The position numbers were made by a program, and so were the translations under genes. This document shows, piece after piece, positions 43,245-59,630 of a DNA stretch of 64,000 nt. The notes beneath the pieces are model-generated. The model did not search any database. It was given only the letters and a program-made list of their open reading frames with translations, and was not told the DNA's origin. The number at the start of each line of letters is the position of its first letter. Position 1 is the stretch's first letter. This DNA is from the human T2T-CHM13v2.0 reference genome, Homo sapiens: assembly GCF_009914755.1 (NCBI RefSeq), contig NC_060927.1; one strand, given 5' to 3'.

Positions 43245-43790
43245 GCATCAGTTATCTATTACTGAGTAGCCACTCCAAAACCTGGTGCCTGAAAAGACAA
43301 TTATCATTGAGTCGGCAATTTGGGCAGGGCTCAGTAGTGACAACTTGTCTCTGCTCTGTGCAACATTAGCTAGGGCAGCTTGACTAGGAGCTGGGGAGCC
43401 ACTTTCGAGATGGCTCAGTTACATGGCTGGAGCTGGCAAGTTGAAGGTGGCTGTTGGTGGTAAACAAGTTTAGGATATGAGGCCTCATTTCCTGCCAGCT
43501 CTTTATTTGGGCTTCCTTATAGCATGGCTACATTACGACAGTCAGACAACTTACACAGTAGCATAGAGCTCCTAAATGAGTGTCCCAAAAGAACCAAGCA
43601 AAAAACTCTGTGGCCTTTTTGACCTAGTTTTAGGAATTGAATAGCATTGGCATTGTCATAGTGGTAAGCCGTAGTTGTAAGATTGAGGGGGAAAGAACAC
43701 AGACCCTCATCTCTCTACAGGAAAAGTGTCTAAGTCACATTATGAGAAAAATATGTGAGTGGTTTTTGAAAAATATATCCTCCCAAAAAT
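43245..43790. mobile_element. MLT1-family MaLR LTR (old)
   Basis: gagccactttcgagatggctcagttacatggctgg and gccttttgacctagttttaggaa-like MLT1 motifs. Boundaries are approximate. Confidence 0.65.
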
Positions 43791-45209
43791 GCCATTTTTA
43801 TCCCGCCCACCTGTCCAGCACAGTGTCTGACACAATATTGCTCCTTAATAAATATTTGCTCATTAAATACATACAGCGTATGAAAATAAATAAATCAATA
43901 AATCAGTGTTACAGTATTATTGCTGTAGTTTCTATTTTTTTGGATTGACACTGAGTTTTGGTATCAACCTTGACCCCTGGTTTTAAATTTTACCCTTCAA
44001 TCTGAGGATTTACTTTTGTATCTCCACAGTTGATACTGGAGTCTTAAACTTCTTTGGCGACTAAAGAAAAGATTACAAAGAAAGATTGGTAGTGCCTTTG
44101 AGAGAAGTAATATGAATAAACAGAGTTGGGATTTGACTGTAAAGACTTATCAAGGCATCAAAGAATATTGTAAGAGAGAAAGATAGTTCTGAAAGAGGAA
44201 AATAATTGATAATGAACTTGGTTGGGATGAAGGGAATAAGATGACGACAAGCAATCTGGCAGCTTCTGGGGGAGCAGCAGCCAAAAGAAGCATCAGCAGA
44301 GCTATGTTTAATTAATGAACAGTAGCAGAAGAGGGTGCTCTAAAAAGATTAGAGATAGCAATTGAGGCTATGCCTCCTGGGAGGTATTGGATGACTGAAG
44401 TACTTCTGTGTGTGATGTGATTAAAATAATCAACGAGAATGTTGAACATCAAATCATGAATTTAAAAGATTTAGTGTTCCCATTGAAAGCTATAGCAAAC
44501 ATCAAACGATAATTTCTGATTAGTCTTGGAGTATGTGGAAGACCACCAATATAATCACCGCTTTCAAATGTCATGGAGGAAGTGTCTTATCCTTTGTCCA
44601 CTGCAATCTGATGTATTACTGCCCATCAAGATTTTAGCTCTGTGTCCTTGTGGTCAAACGTATTCAGACCCAAAAATTGCAACTTGAACTTGTAATTTAG
44701 GATAAATTACAGATTGTACGTTTTTCCCCTATGTCATCCATAATTCTATTTCTTTTTAATGGAAGCAAAGAAAACAGTTTGTCCAATCTTGTTAGTAAGT
44801 AGAAACTCCTCAAACTTCAGAAGAGCAACAAAATAGACTGCAGCTGTTCACACCACTCCTGACTATTTCACTAATAGCAAGCATTTCTTGGACTTTTCCA
44901 GAACAGCTTACATTTTGCTAATTTTGGTTGAAGTCAAGAAAAAAAGAAATGTGCTTTTTTAAATCACTTCTTATCACCCTTCTATAAATTTTTGTCGTAG
45001 GAGAAAGAGTAATCGCATATACCAGGATTTAGCTATCACGCTTCCGAGTGCCCCAAATTAACATGAGAGCAGTATCATTCCCATATCTTCTGACTAAACC
45101 ATTCTGCCTGCTGTCACAATACTACAATAAAAACATGATGTACCTGAATGGGTTTGAGGAAAAACATGCTATTAGTATGTGAGGAAATTTATGTTTACTT
45201 ATATATTAA

Positions 45210-45520
<311 letters not shown>

Positions 45521-46077
45521 GCATAGAAAATTCTTGACTTAGCTTCAGATTTACCATGAGGGCTTTAAAATATTATATGCATATATTAAGAGGCTAAATA
45601 GTCAAAGACATTGTCTATTTTAAACCATGCTTCTTGAGCTGTTGTTTTCTAAGTAGAAAGTTAATTTATGTTTTATTGTTTATAAGTTGGAATTAAAAAG
45701 TAAATATATGCTTTCATTGGTATAACTCAACCTTTAGATTAAGGTGTCAGAAGCAAGCTGGGCATGAGCCATTCAATATTGATACCATTGACCTACTAGT
45801 GGTGATTCCAGATATGGCAAACTATTATAACAGACCAAAAGTACTGCATAAAGATATACAAACTACCTCTTCAAAATGACTGCCATGATTCTGGGAATGA
45901 CCAGTAAGTATGTTGTTGGTTTGTGGAGATGGCCACATAAGCGGGAGATAAAATTCAGATGGTGCTGCGGTTACACAGTGAGACACTGACCCAAAAACCT
46001 AAAGTCGTTTTTCTTTATTCCTACCAGGTCATCACTCTCCCCTACCACCTTCTCATAGTCCTAATCAGCCCCTATAA

Positions 46078-46399
<322 letters not shown>

Positions 46400-46594
46400 C
46401 TGTGTATTCATATTCTTAAGTATGAGAGGTCCCTGATAGAAAGCCCATGAGTAGTTCGTGTTCTCTCTGAATCACCAGGAACTACTACAGGGTTTTGCAT
46501 ATAGATAGGCGCTTTGCTAGTTTTTATTGAAGGGTTAAAACTGCCATGTTGGGAAAAAGATTTCTCATTTAAACCCAATGAGAGGAATGCTGGG

Positions 46595-47030
46595 ATCATT
46601 CCTGTCTTACTGCTGTAAAAGAATACCCGAGGCTGGGTAATTAAGAAATAAAAGAGGTGTATTTGGTTTACAGCTCTGCAGACCATACAGGAAGCATGGC
46701 ACCAGCTTCTGCATCTTGTGAGGGCCTCAGGCTGCTTCCACCCATGGTGGAAGGTGAAGGGGAGCTGGCGTGTGCAGAGATCACATGACCAGAGAGGGAG
46801 TCAGAGAATGAGAGGTGGGAGGTGCCAGGCTCTTTTTTAACAACCAGTTCTCACAGGAATTAATAGAATGAGAACTCACTCGCTGCCCCTTCGCCACAAG
46901 GAGGGCATTAATCTATTCATGAGGGGGTCCTCCCACCCCCCTGCCCCAAACACCTTCCATTAAGCCCCAACTCCAACATTAGGATCAAATTTTGCCAGGA
47001 GATTTGGAAGTGTCAGATACCCAAACCATG
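46595..47030 (-). mobile_element. MSTB-like MaLR solo LTR
   Basis: aagaatacccgaggctgggtaatt...caggaagcatggcaccagc...caacattaggatcaaatt...ccaaaccat. Confidence 0.88.
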
Positions 47031-48294
47031 GCAGTTCCCAAGCATAGAATCCGGGTCTTCAGCTGATGCTCAGGTCACCAGCATTGTCTTCTCTCTGGCA
47101 ACAGAGTCACAGGAGTTGAATTCAGAATGTCTTTTCTTTTTCACATGCTCCTTTAGGCATCCTTAATATCTCAAAGTGGCATCCATGCTATAAAGCCCTC
47201 AGGAGAGTCAAGTCATGTGGTGGAAACATATGAGTGAAATCTAGCAAAAAATAATAATAAATAAGATGTAGCGAACCATCTCATCTTTCAGTTAGTGGCA
47301 TCTCCCTCCAGGGTAAAGAGTAAATGTTGACTAGACCATGTTGTCCGTCCGAAAGAAGGAAAATGGCTTTTTCTGTTCAGAGGCTTTATTGTTTTCTCTT
47401 CTGACTGAGACAAGACTAGCTGCACCATTTCTTGGTTGTGAGTTCCTATTTGTTCCCCTGTGCATGCCCCACACCATCTGGCATGGCACTTTGCCCACAG
47501 AAGACCCTCAGCAATATCTGTTGACTTCAACTGAGTCACTCTATTTAGCTATTTGGAGGCAAATGTGGTAGAAGTGGAAGAAAAAAAAAAAAGAAGTAAT
47601 GGAGTTGCACCATTGCACTGTCCAAATTTGAGGATTTAGTGTGGGCACTGGCACTTTTGAGCTGTGTGATCTTAATTCAGTTGCTTGTACTCTGAAAATT
47701 TTAGTTAAATAGTGTCATATTTAATAAAATGATATAATTTTTGCAAAGGTTTTGGCATAATACCCATGGAGTGTGTGAGCATATAAGCACACTCCCCTAC
47801 AAATAACAAATGAATATTTATTAACAAATGCAAAGTAAAACTTAACGCTCCGCAATAATCTCCTAAACGCTCATAAAACCAATATAATCAAAGTATACAC
47901 ACTCCCCCATGATTTTAGCATAAAAAGGCAGAAGATCAGATTTGGTTTGTATCAAGTCACAGAAGGTTTACCAACGACGTTAAGAGAAGGATGAAAATAA
48001 GAGGTTTTTGCTTCCTCTAACGTGTTCCTACTTTTCTGAAACAGCGTTGTGGAAAGATATTAGCATATTTGGTACCTCTTGGGACTTTTTTAAAGGGTGC
48101 TTTAAAAATATCTTCTTTGCAATATCCATAACACGAGGAAGGTGAGACTCTCACAAGCTTAACAGGAGAAATAGATCAGAAGCTTTTTTTTTTTTCTAAA
48201 TAAAGAACTTATTTTCATGGTGCCTGGTCTCTCTGACCTAAATTGCAGTAATTCAGTATGTGTGAAATTACTTTTTCTAGGACGAGAAGATCAT

Positions 48295-48297
<3 letters not shown>

Positions 48298-48327
<30 letters not shown>
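48298..48327 (+). repeat. A30 mononucleotide run
   Basis: 30 consecutive A with no adjacent Alu or L1 body that I recognise. Confidence 0.95.
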
Positions 48328-48330
<3 letters not shown>

Positions 48331-49666
48331 AGACAAAAAATGGTGAGAGAAAGAGAAAAGAATATACAATATAGGCAAGAGTTCAGGCTGTCTGATAAAG
48401 AGCTTGAGAATAATAAGAAACTAAGTAGTTATAACAAAGCAAACTCAGAAATGGAAACTACTAATAAGAAGGACTAGCAATTATCTCCACTGAGCAGCCA
48501 TGTTTAGGAGAGGTCAGAAGGTCTTTTAAGAACTAAAATAAAAAGATGTTCAGGCCAAAGTATGGCATCTGAGTTCTCTATTTCTAGGGCTTATTTTATT
48601 AAACTTTTTATCACTTTCAAGTTCATGATGATGGCAGAGCAGATTTATTTCTGTAATTAAATGGATTGTTATTTACCAGCAGATATAAAGCTGGCATAAA
48701 AAGACACATGATCAGTAACATAGTTCAGACTTTATGAATTATTAGTAAAGGCTGATGAATGGTATTGTTATTCCTCTGCACACAAGTTTGTGAATTGTGT
48801 TTTAGGTCTGAACACTTGCAGCAGATCAGCAAAAGCCAGTTTCCAGCAATTCGTGACCATCCATAGTTCTTTCTGCCCCACTCCTTTGCTTCAGGATCAG
48901 TCATAAAAATATCTCAAAATATAAGCTTTTCATAGTGCTGTGGTCTGCACTTGAACAATGTGAGTTACAGTCATAATATTATCGCTGGCAGGTGTTATAT
49001 TGTGGGTTGGATTTTGTAAACTGGGATTTGATGTGTGGGAGCATCAGCTTGGGGCTGGAGCTTCTCATGTTAGGGGTGGGTGGTGTACGCACAGACAGGT
49101 TCTACATGAGTCAGTCTGATACAGAGTTAGCATTTTTACATGGTTGAGGAAACTTCTGGAGGATAATAATGACTTAACTCTGAGTCTCAAGGACCTTGAA
49201 ATTATTAAATCTTAAAGGATCTATAATAGAGAGAAAGAATATTATAAAAATGGTGCAGTTTTTGTGGCAGGAAAGGGGAAACAAAGTAGGAATGTCATGT
49301 CCAGAATCCACAATAAATCTCTGCTGAACTTTTTCAATCCACGATAAACCTTTTGAGTTCATATGTTTAAATAATTCTGCCCATAAAATCTACCTAAGTT
49401 GACCAAATTGAGTTTGTGGATGAATGATAAAAGAACATACAATTTTAAGTTTGAAAAGTTTAATAAACCTGTATCAGATTTTGCATAGAAGAACATCAAA
49501 TGTCTCTTTCCCTTTCTAGTGTTAGCCATAAACTACTGGGAGTCAAACTTTTGAGCTTTGCAAAGAAGAGTGAAGACAAGAACAGACCTAATGGTAACAT
49601 AGTCCATTTGCTAATATAGTTCAGTCAAGATGAGTATGGTTCTGCTATGTTAAAAAAATATCCCAC

Positions 49667-50367
<701 letters not shown>

Positions 50368-50685
50368 TGACAATAGACTTTCTTATGCCATATGTCTATC
50401 TTGGGTCTGCAGGAGTCTCTTCTTTCCATTGTCTTCAGTCAGTGACACGAGTTGATGGTCTTTCCACTATGTGGAATATCTCTTTAACTTTGGCAGATGT
50501 AAGAAAATGTGATGAATTGTGCCTCGGCTCATAAAGACCACATCTCACATATTATAGGTCTAAGCAAGTCACCTGCAGGCCCAACTTCAAGTGCAATCCT
50601 ACTGTAGGATCAGAATGAGGAAAACCAGAAATACCTGATAAATGGCCACAATAACTGCCACATCTTAAGAGCCATCTTTTCTTAT

Positions 50686-51088
50686 GTGTTATTCTATTTT
50701 GCACTGCTGTAAAAGAACACCTGAGACTGGGTAACTTATAAAGAAAAGGAGTTTATTTGGCTCATAGTTCTGCAGGCTGTACAAGTATGGCAGCAGCATC
50801 TGTTCAACTTCTGGTGAGGGTTCAGGAATCTTTTATTCATGATGGAAGTCGATGAGGGGAGCAAGTGTGTCACATGGTGAGAAAGGAAGCAAGAAAGAGG
50901 AGGGAGGTCCCAGACTCTTTTTTAACAACCACATCTTGTGTGAACTCATGACCGTAGGGAGGGCACAAACCCATTTGTGGAGGTTCTGCCCCCGTGACCC
51001 CAACACCTCCCACCAGGCTCTACCTTAAACACTGAGGATGACATTTCAACATGAGATTTGGAGGGGGGCAAACCTCCAAATCATATCA
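50686..51088 (-). mobile_element. MST-family MaLR solo LTR
   Basis: aagaacacctgagactgggtaacttataaagaaaagg...catttcaacatgagatttggaggggg...tatca. Confidence 0.88.
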
Positions 51089-51838
51089 CCTCGATGAACA
51101 CTGTTTCTCTAAAAATGCACGCTTTGCTCTTACACATCCCCCACCCCTCTTTCTCTCTCACTGCTTAAAATTATCCCAACAAACATCTCTGGATTGGATG
51201 AAGGCTGTAGTTTCAGAAACGCTGAGTTCAACTGCTAGAGGGATCGTAGAGAATATTTGATCCCTCCTCTCACTTTACACATAAAATAGATGACAGAAAT
51301 GTGATCTGGCTATGTTAAATTGTACCTAATTGCACAAACTGAGTTAATGTCAAAGGTGAGCACTGATTCTGAATCAGCATCTATTCTGTTACATGGTAGA
51401 GTGTCCTTTGGGATACTATAGCAATAACTGCAGTTTTTGAAGAACTTCAATTGGAATTTCAATAATTTTCTACATACAAAGCAAAATACTTACAACTTTT
51501 GTTTTTGATAATGTGCTGGATATGTCTATATTCTTGACACTTAGAAACCCTCTTTGATATAAGTTCATAGGTTTGGGACACTTGAATTTCACTAACAATT
51601 ATATTCCCAGTGCCAAAAGTAATATCTGGCACATAGAAAGTGTTGAATTAATATTTGTTAGGTTTCTTTATTTCTTCTTTGCATATTCATTTATCCACTC
51701 TTGCTAGTGAGTTCAAGAGAGTTCTGTTTTATTCATTTATGCAGAATCAGTCTTTAGCAAAATGCTTAGGTGATAGCACTTAGTTAACTTTTGGGATGAG
51801 TGCATAAATAAAAGGAATAGTAAGCTATCATTAGTTTT

Positions 51839-52346
51839 AACTAATTATGAAGTCTACAAGGGAAATCTGAATTACTAGACAGGCTGAACTATAATACATT
51901 TTTCAAAGAAATCTGATTTTGTTTAAGTTCATATAAATGATAAGAAAGCTAGCAATGTCAGTCAAAAGATTCTTCTTGAAATGTTTACCTCACGTGAAAT
52001 TTACCTGCACATTTGTGAAATGAAGTGAAATTCTCACAGATCATTCACTAAATCTGTTTTTTTTCCTTATTGTCATTAGCAAAGTGTAAAAAACTAATTA
52101 TGAAGTCTACAAGGGAAAACTGAATTACTAGAAAGGCTGAACTATAATACATTTTTCAAAGAAATCTGATTTCGTTTAAGTTTATATAAATGATAGGAAA
52201 GCTAGCAATGTCAGTCAAAAGATTCTCCTTGAAATGTATACCTTACATGTAAAAATTAAGCTGCTCATTTGTGAAATGAAGTGAAATTCTCATAGATCAT
52301 TCAATAAATCTGTTTTTTTTCTTATTAGCATTAGCAAAGTTTTAAA
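51839..52346. repeat. Direct tandem duplication, 253-bp period, two copies
   Basis: aactaattatgaagtctacaagggaaa starts at both 51839 and 52092. The copies align along their whole length at roughly 90% identity (estimated by eye). Confidence 0.95.
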
Positions 52347-53313
52347 CGACCTGCCATCAGTCCCATTTTAGATGTGTTTAAACAATTTGGGACACTTAGC
52401 CAGGCTGACCATGAGCTAGCAAGTATGCAGGTGGACTTGATTTGAATTTATTGTAATTATCTTATTCACATTTATCTTTAAGCTGTTGATTTGTATGTGC
52501 TTAAATGTGGTATATTTAAATATTTATCCTGATTCTTTTATCAGCATGTCTTACTTTCAAAGTGCATAAACTGCTCATTTCTTTTTCAGCAAAACATTCA
52601 GCCTCCACGTCAAAGATCTCAGGTGTTGTATTGACCAATATACAAAAGATTAAAATATAGTGTAAGTGCAAACCCCAAGGCAAACACTCCCTTCAGTTGA
52701 GTCTCTTCTAGCCCCCACCTCATTTTCCTTAGTGTTCCTTTGACATCCAGCAGATTAATGGAAAACCTCTGATTGTGTTCCCTGACTAGACTCATCCCTC
52801 TGGGGATGTGTTGGTTTAATGTTATAACATACCGAGATTTGTGTGTATGTGGTGGGGCTGGGGGGAGGAACAGATTATTTTGTACTTTTTATTTCCCAGT
52901 TGAAGAAAGTTAAAAATCAAAAGAGCTGATCTAAACGGCACAATGAGTTTGGCTTCCATGGGACTGCCTGGAGCAAACAGCACTGTTAGCATCGATAACC
53001 GAAATGTGACAAGCTCCTCATCCACTTCCTTTGGAGAAGCAGACCTCAGCATTCTGATATATCCTAGGAACAGCTATCTCTACATTATATTAAAGAGAAA
53101 TGAATATTTTTACTAACTATTACATGACAATCCCTGAAAAACAATCTATGTTAGACACTACATGACCAAACTTCATGAAAGCATGTAAATGTTCTGTTTT
53201 CTCTATCTTACCTCCCATCTCCATAAACAGTCCTTATTCTCTTTCTCAGCGGACTTTGCCGTCAGTCAAGCTGATTTCTATTATTTTACCCTCCCATTTC
53301 ACTCCTCCTCCAA

Positions 53314-53378
53314 GACACACACACAAGCACAGAGACACACACATACACATACAAGCACACACACACACACACACACAC
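53314..53378 (+). repeat. Imperfect (CA)n microsatellite
   Basis: acacacacacaagcacagagacacacacatacacatacaagcacacacacacacacacacacac. Confidence 0.9.
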
Positions 53379-55160
53379 GTTGTCTGTACTTATTTTTTTA
53401 AAAAAAAGCAAAATAAAAAATCTTGCTTTCTTCAGTAAGGATTCTCATCTATTCAGAAATGTAAAATAGTAAGTCCTTTTAGAGGGCAAGAGAGATTGTC
53501 TATAGCACAGCATGGTATTTTTCTTGTTACTCATATAGGAACTGGTACCCTGCCCTGTGTCAAATTTTGTCCCATGCTTGAATTAACATATTCATTCATT
53601 TAGTCAACAAATATTTATTGAATGACTACAATGTGCCTGACATTTTGCAAAAGATGAGCCTAACATTTAATAATGATTCACCAATTCATGATTTGTTTGA
53701 CCAAAAAACATTCATGTCATTATCAGTAAAGATTTCTTGCATGGTGATGGCCACAAAGCATTATCACAGGTAGTATTGGGAGGAGGAGGCAATGTTTATG
53801 ACATTAAGAAAAGACAGCTAGCTCTCTTGGACCTCTGCAATTAATAGAAGAAATACTAGTATCATAAAAATAAAGCTTCAAGGTCTACCTTTGTAACTGG
53901 ACACTTATATACTTATTCCCGGCCTGAGAGTAATATATTACAGATTCAAAGGTGTCTGAACAGTAAATAAATTAAAACATCACACGAAAGAGAAGTAATA
54001 GGAAGTGAGAGTTGGAATGGATCTAGAAGTTATAAGGTTTAAAATTCTCATTTCATGTATGATAAAACTAAAGAGCACACAGAGTACAGACAATTTTCCA
54101 CATCTTGGTAGGTCTTTCCCACTTCGGAGCATGCAATCATGGCTTCTCTTTGTTGATGTAAGAGTTGGTTTTGGTGGTGAAGGCTTGGTGAGTCAGGGCT
54201 TGCTGGGTTGGACATGACGTTTGAATACACAGTTAAAGAACTCATCTAATAACATGCAGCTGCAACTGCAAATGACTGTGGTGGGGATATATAAAAAAGT
54301 AGAATTAATGAACCAAGATAGAGTAATTCTGTCCCTCATTCAATAATTGATATACGAAAAGACATTTTCTTATGTGAAACTTAAAATAGTATGACCAAAC
54401 GGATCCCCTAGGTACCGTTAAGTGCAAAAAATGGCTATCAGCAGAATCCAGAATATTTTCAGGTTAACTAGACCCTCTAACTTCTCTTTTGAATTGGTTT
54501 TCCTCATTTTTAATTATCTGATAATCATACTTGAAAACCGCTTCGGTCTGAATTACTTAAATAATTTAGGTAAAGGATGGGTTTCCTTAGCCTGAATTAT
54601 CTAAATAATCTATGTTGGCTGGAACCATCTGATAAATGCCAATCCTGGACTTCCCTTTCCCTGGTGCAGATGTGGCCTCAGAAAATTAATCTGAACACTA
54701 TTTTAAATTTTACACGAAGAGCATCATGTCCATATGAATGCCCTTTAGGTGCAGAAGAAAGGAATTCTGTGTATGGGTTAAATGAGATTATTCAAAGTAA
54801 TCAATGGCTAATTTGAAGAGAAAGAGAAGAGGGAGCATGATTTCTGGGCTCTTTGTGCATTTGATCATTTTGGTAAGTATTCCAGTTGAGAATGGTACCT
54901 TCTCAAACTGCCTCAAGCTTCAGAGAAGTAAATGTCATTGGCCCATATTTGGGCTGCACACAGAAGGGTCTCTCATGTGAATGACATTTTCTACTGAGGA
55001 TCCTGTTTCATGTCTTAGCAGATATTGGTTCACCTTCCTCAGGGGAATAGATACATCTAGATCCTTCCCCTTAGAAGTTGAGCTTTATATCTAAAGCCTA
55101 TAGCTTTTTTGTGGTCTCATACAGTATTGTCTCCGCAAAATAAATACAAAGGCATAGATC

Positions 55161-55183
55161 GATAGATTACTTAGACAGATAGG

Positions 55184-55220
<37 letters not shown>
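55161..55220 (+). repeat. (GATA)n / (AGAT)n tetranucleotide STR
   Basis: About 9 uninterrupted AGAT units at ~55185-55220, preceded by variant units. Confidence 0.95.
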
Positions 55221-55313
55221 TACAAGTTTTTGTAGTAAAAAATGGAAAGCCTATGTACAAGCCATGGGAGATTGTTTGCAAATTCAAAAAAAAAAAAAGA
55301 AAAGACTGCTTAG

Positions 55314-55655
<342 letters not shown>

Positions 55656-57364
55656 AGGTTAACTAATATTTCTAAAATGAAAAAGAGTATCTGCTTTCAA
55701 CAAATATATATAATATAAATGTATAATTACCTATATTATATATAGTTCATCTATTATTATACTTAAAGATATATCCCTCTTACAAAAAGAAAATTCCTAT
55801 GAAATAAACTATATGGGGCACTCATGTCACTTAGGGTCTATGATAAATTTGCTTCTCTGCTTCATAAAATATGACTTTGGTGCTAGGGCCTTTTGTCTTT
55901 CAGAGTGGGATTTGTAGTCTATCACCATGAGAAACAACCGGATCTTCTAAATAAGCAAGTTCCTAGGCTCCGGCCAGACCTACCAAGTAGGAAGTACTGG
56001 GGATAAGTCTCAGCAATTTGCATTTTTCATAAAAACACAATGATTGTTAGGCACACTTAAGTATGAAATCTAAAGATATTTTTTTCTTATTCCTGCTCTG
56101 CCAAGTGTCTTGGACAAGTCACACCAACTTTCTGTGTCCTATGATTTGGTGAATAAAATAAGTTGGTCTTAGAGATGGAGACTCAGTCTGAATTTAAATC
56201 TGACAATTGCTAGCTGTGAGCCTTTGAGAAGAGCATGTGAACAAACTTAGCCGTGTCTGCATCATTTATAAAATGGAAATATTAACGTGTTTAGCTTAAC
56301 ACGCACATGTTGTGAAGATAAAATTAGATAATAGGAGTGAGTAAAACTTGTAAACCTTAAGAACAATAGAGACGAGAACATTTTTCTTTGCTGTAAAATA
56401 GAAGATAAAGACTTCCCAGGTGTGATATGAGGGCAAATACAATTATTTAGAAAGTGTTTTGCTTCTTTTTTTTTTAAGTTAGGTGTTTCTAAAAAGAGAA
56501 TATGTCTTGGGTGAGTTACTTTTAATCTTTTTAAGGTGTATTATTTTACATCTGAAAATGGTAATTTATAAAGGGGTTCAGAATTCTCAAATGACAAATA
56601 TTATAAATATTCTATGTTTCCCTTATATTTATATCCATAATTACTAAGTGCATAACAGAAAAAATTAACTAGTCATCTGTTAACAACACTGAGGTTTTTA
56701 TGCAGAGTGAAATGAGGGACAACCTAATGTTATTATAATTAACGACAGCCTCTGCCAGTTAAATGATAAATCTATTTGCACATTATTCTACCCTCTTCCT
56801 GCCTGAGCCTGGCACAGGGCTGTGGGATTATGGCTTCATTTTTCAGAATGAGATCCAACTCAGCAACTAATTCTAATGTTCTCTGGAACTAAAAATGATT
56901 TTCCTTTGTACTGTCCTAGGGATAAAACCTGATTAGGTAAATATTCCTCCAAGTGTATTGTTTATACCATGAACGTGAGTCTTGATTCGCAAAAGATCTT
57001 TTCTCTCAAAGTTACTGCCTGTGCAACAGAATCCCAAAGATGAGCTGGGAAGCTCAGAAGATACAAATTGACATGTTTGCTACCTTGACATTCTCCACAG
57101 GGCCTCTAATCCTGTACCTGTCACCGATGCAAATGGTGAAGGATCTCAGGGCAACAAGAAAATTTAGGATAAGAAAAATCTCAGGTCGTAGCTCAGAATT
57201 CATCTCAGATACTAACCGTGGTTGGGGAATGAAATGGCATTAGGAATGCGAAAGTTATTAGTACCACATTTGTCTCTTACTTTGTGTTCAAAAAATAATT
57301 AGTTTATTTCTCTTTCCCTAAATTCCCTTTTAATTCCGCTCTCAACCCCATCCCTTCTTTTTAA

Positions 57365-57670
57365 GTTTTTCATTTATTTATTTATTTTCCCAGCTTTATT
57401 GAAGTATAGTTGACAAATAAAAATTATTTGTCATTATGCTGTACATTCAACATGTACAGCATAATTATGTGATATACATTGTGAGTATTTGATATATGTA
57501 TACATTGTAAAATGATTATCACAATCAAATTGATTAGCACTTCCATCACCACACAGTCACTGTGTGTATGTCTGTGCATGTGTGTGTGTGTTTGTGTGTG
57601 TAGTGAGGTCATTTAAGATTTATTCTCTTCCCAAACTTAAGTAAACAACACATTATTACTAGTCACTGTT
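57365..57670 (-). mobile_element. L1MA (L1MA8/9-like) 3' end with (TG)n
   Basis: cagctttattgaagtatagttgacaaataaaaatt...cattgtaaaatgattatcacaatcaaattgattagcacttccatcacc. Confidence 0.82.
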
Positions 57671-59344
57671 TACTTTTTACATTGTGTTCCCTCTTTTCAA
57701 TGCTCTGTGCCCTCACGTATGCAAAAAAAAATTGTCCTGCATTCTTGCTACAAGCATGTATTTACTAGGAAAACAGTGACTTTCATTCACTATAGATGTA
57801 AATGACTTCTAGCAAATCTTCTTTGTAGGGAAGAACTTTCAGGGCATTTAGCAGGTGAAGAGACATGACAACCTTACTCAGAAAGGTGACTTGAAAAGAA
57901 ATACAAACAAAATCTCCTAGGCACCTTTTCTGCAGGAAGAGCCTATTTTTGAAGGTTATCCCTAAGTGATTGTGAGGTCATTAACTCAAATGCACTTGGA
58001 TCTATATTTTTTGATCCAACATTGTCATTGCCTTTGGCTCACTCCATGCAGAAGTATCACCCCAATGATATTGTCCAAGTTAATTTACCCTATAAAAAAT
58101 TAGGATAGCTGCCCATTTCTGGTGAACAGTGAGTTTTCCACTTCCTAATGGGAAACCACCCACAGAGAATTGGCTGCTCATTTCAACAAACGAGAGGGAA
58201 CACACTGATTTCTTAACTCATCCCAGGACACAAGATAAATCCATGAATCAAAGATCAGTGTAGTGCTTGATTCAGCCACCAAATGTCACTATATTCTCAG
58301 TGTCATACAGTGATGACACTTGGATTTCTGCCCATCAAACTCCAGCCAAGAGATAATTGCTCATACTCATGCCTAGGCATGAAGTACACACTGGCTTCCT
58401 GCTGGAAACCATACTCAGAAAGTGAGTTAACAATTCTGATCTTCCCAATCTTGGGGTTCTGATGTAGCTTTGATTTTTATTTTCATTTGACTGTGAAAAT
58501 TTTTCGCTCCTTATGTCTTTGGAATAAGAATCTGTGACATAATTTATTAGAAGCCATCTATAGAGATACCCATAGACTGTTGGGTAGACAAGAACAATGC
58601 GTGCAAACGACAGGCACACCACTGGGCTGCAGTATGCTGTTTTCACTGTTTCTTTTTAATTTATTGCTACTAGGACTTTTGAAAAATATACTATTAATTG
58701 CATGCCTGAAATAAAATTAACTTGGCTGGACTTGCCCTAACTAAAATTTTGGAAAAGTTTATCTTATGTTGAAAAATAGTTTAAGCAAAGCACACCTGAA
58801 GGAAAAGGGGGAGGGAGAATATCTCTAAAAATTAAATGTCTTCATTAGTAGAAGTTAGAGATAGCTCATTCATCTTTTAGTATGCTATAATCTGACCTCA
58901 TAAAATGAAAGAAAGAAATAGTCTAGTGAGAGGTTACCCAGCTCCAGTGGTTATTAAGTATAAACACAATAAAAGCAAGCAAGAGAATTTTAAAACACAT
59001 TATGTTTTATAATTGTTTGTAATAGTAACAAAATAAAGATGACACAATTCTTGGATGTTTGAACTTTTATTAATTGTAATATTTCATAGTGCTTGGAGTT
59101 GTTCTGTTGCTGTTGCTGTTTTCCTAATAAAAGTTTGAAATCTCTAATTTATTTCCTTAAATGCCAAATTTTGCAAAAAGGTCAATGAACCCATCATAGT
59201 TCCCCCATGAGAAATGTATGTATTCCTCAGAAATGAATTTCACTTAAAACTTTCTGGTTATAACCACAATTATTTCTGACTGTTCTTGGAAATAATTTAA
59301 TAAACTGGGCTTTACAAAAGTGAGATTTAGAAAAATGAAAACAG

Positions 59345-59630
<286 letters not shown>

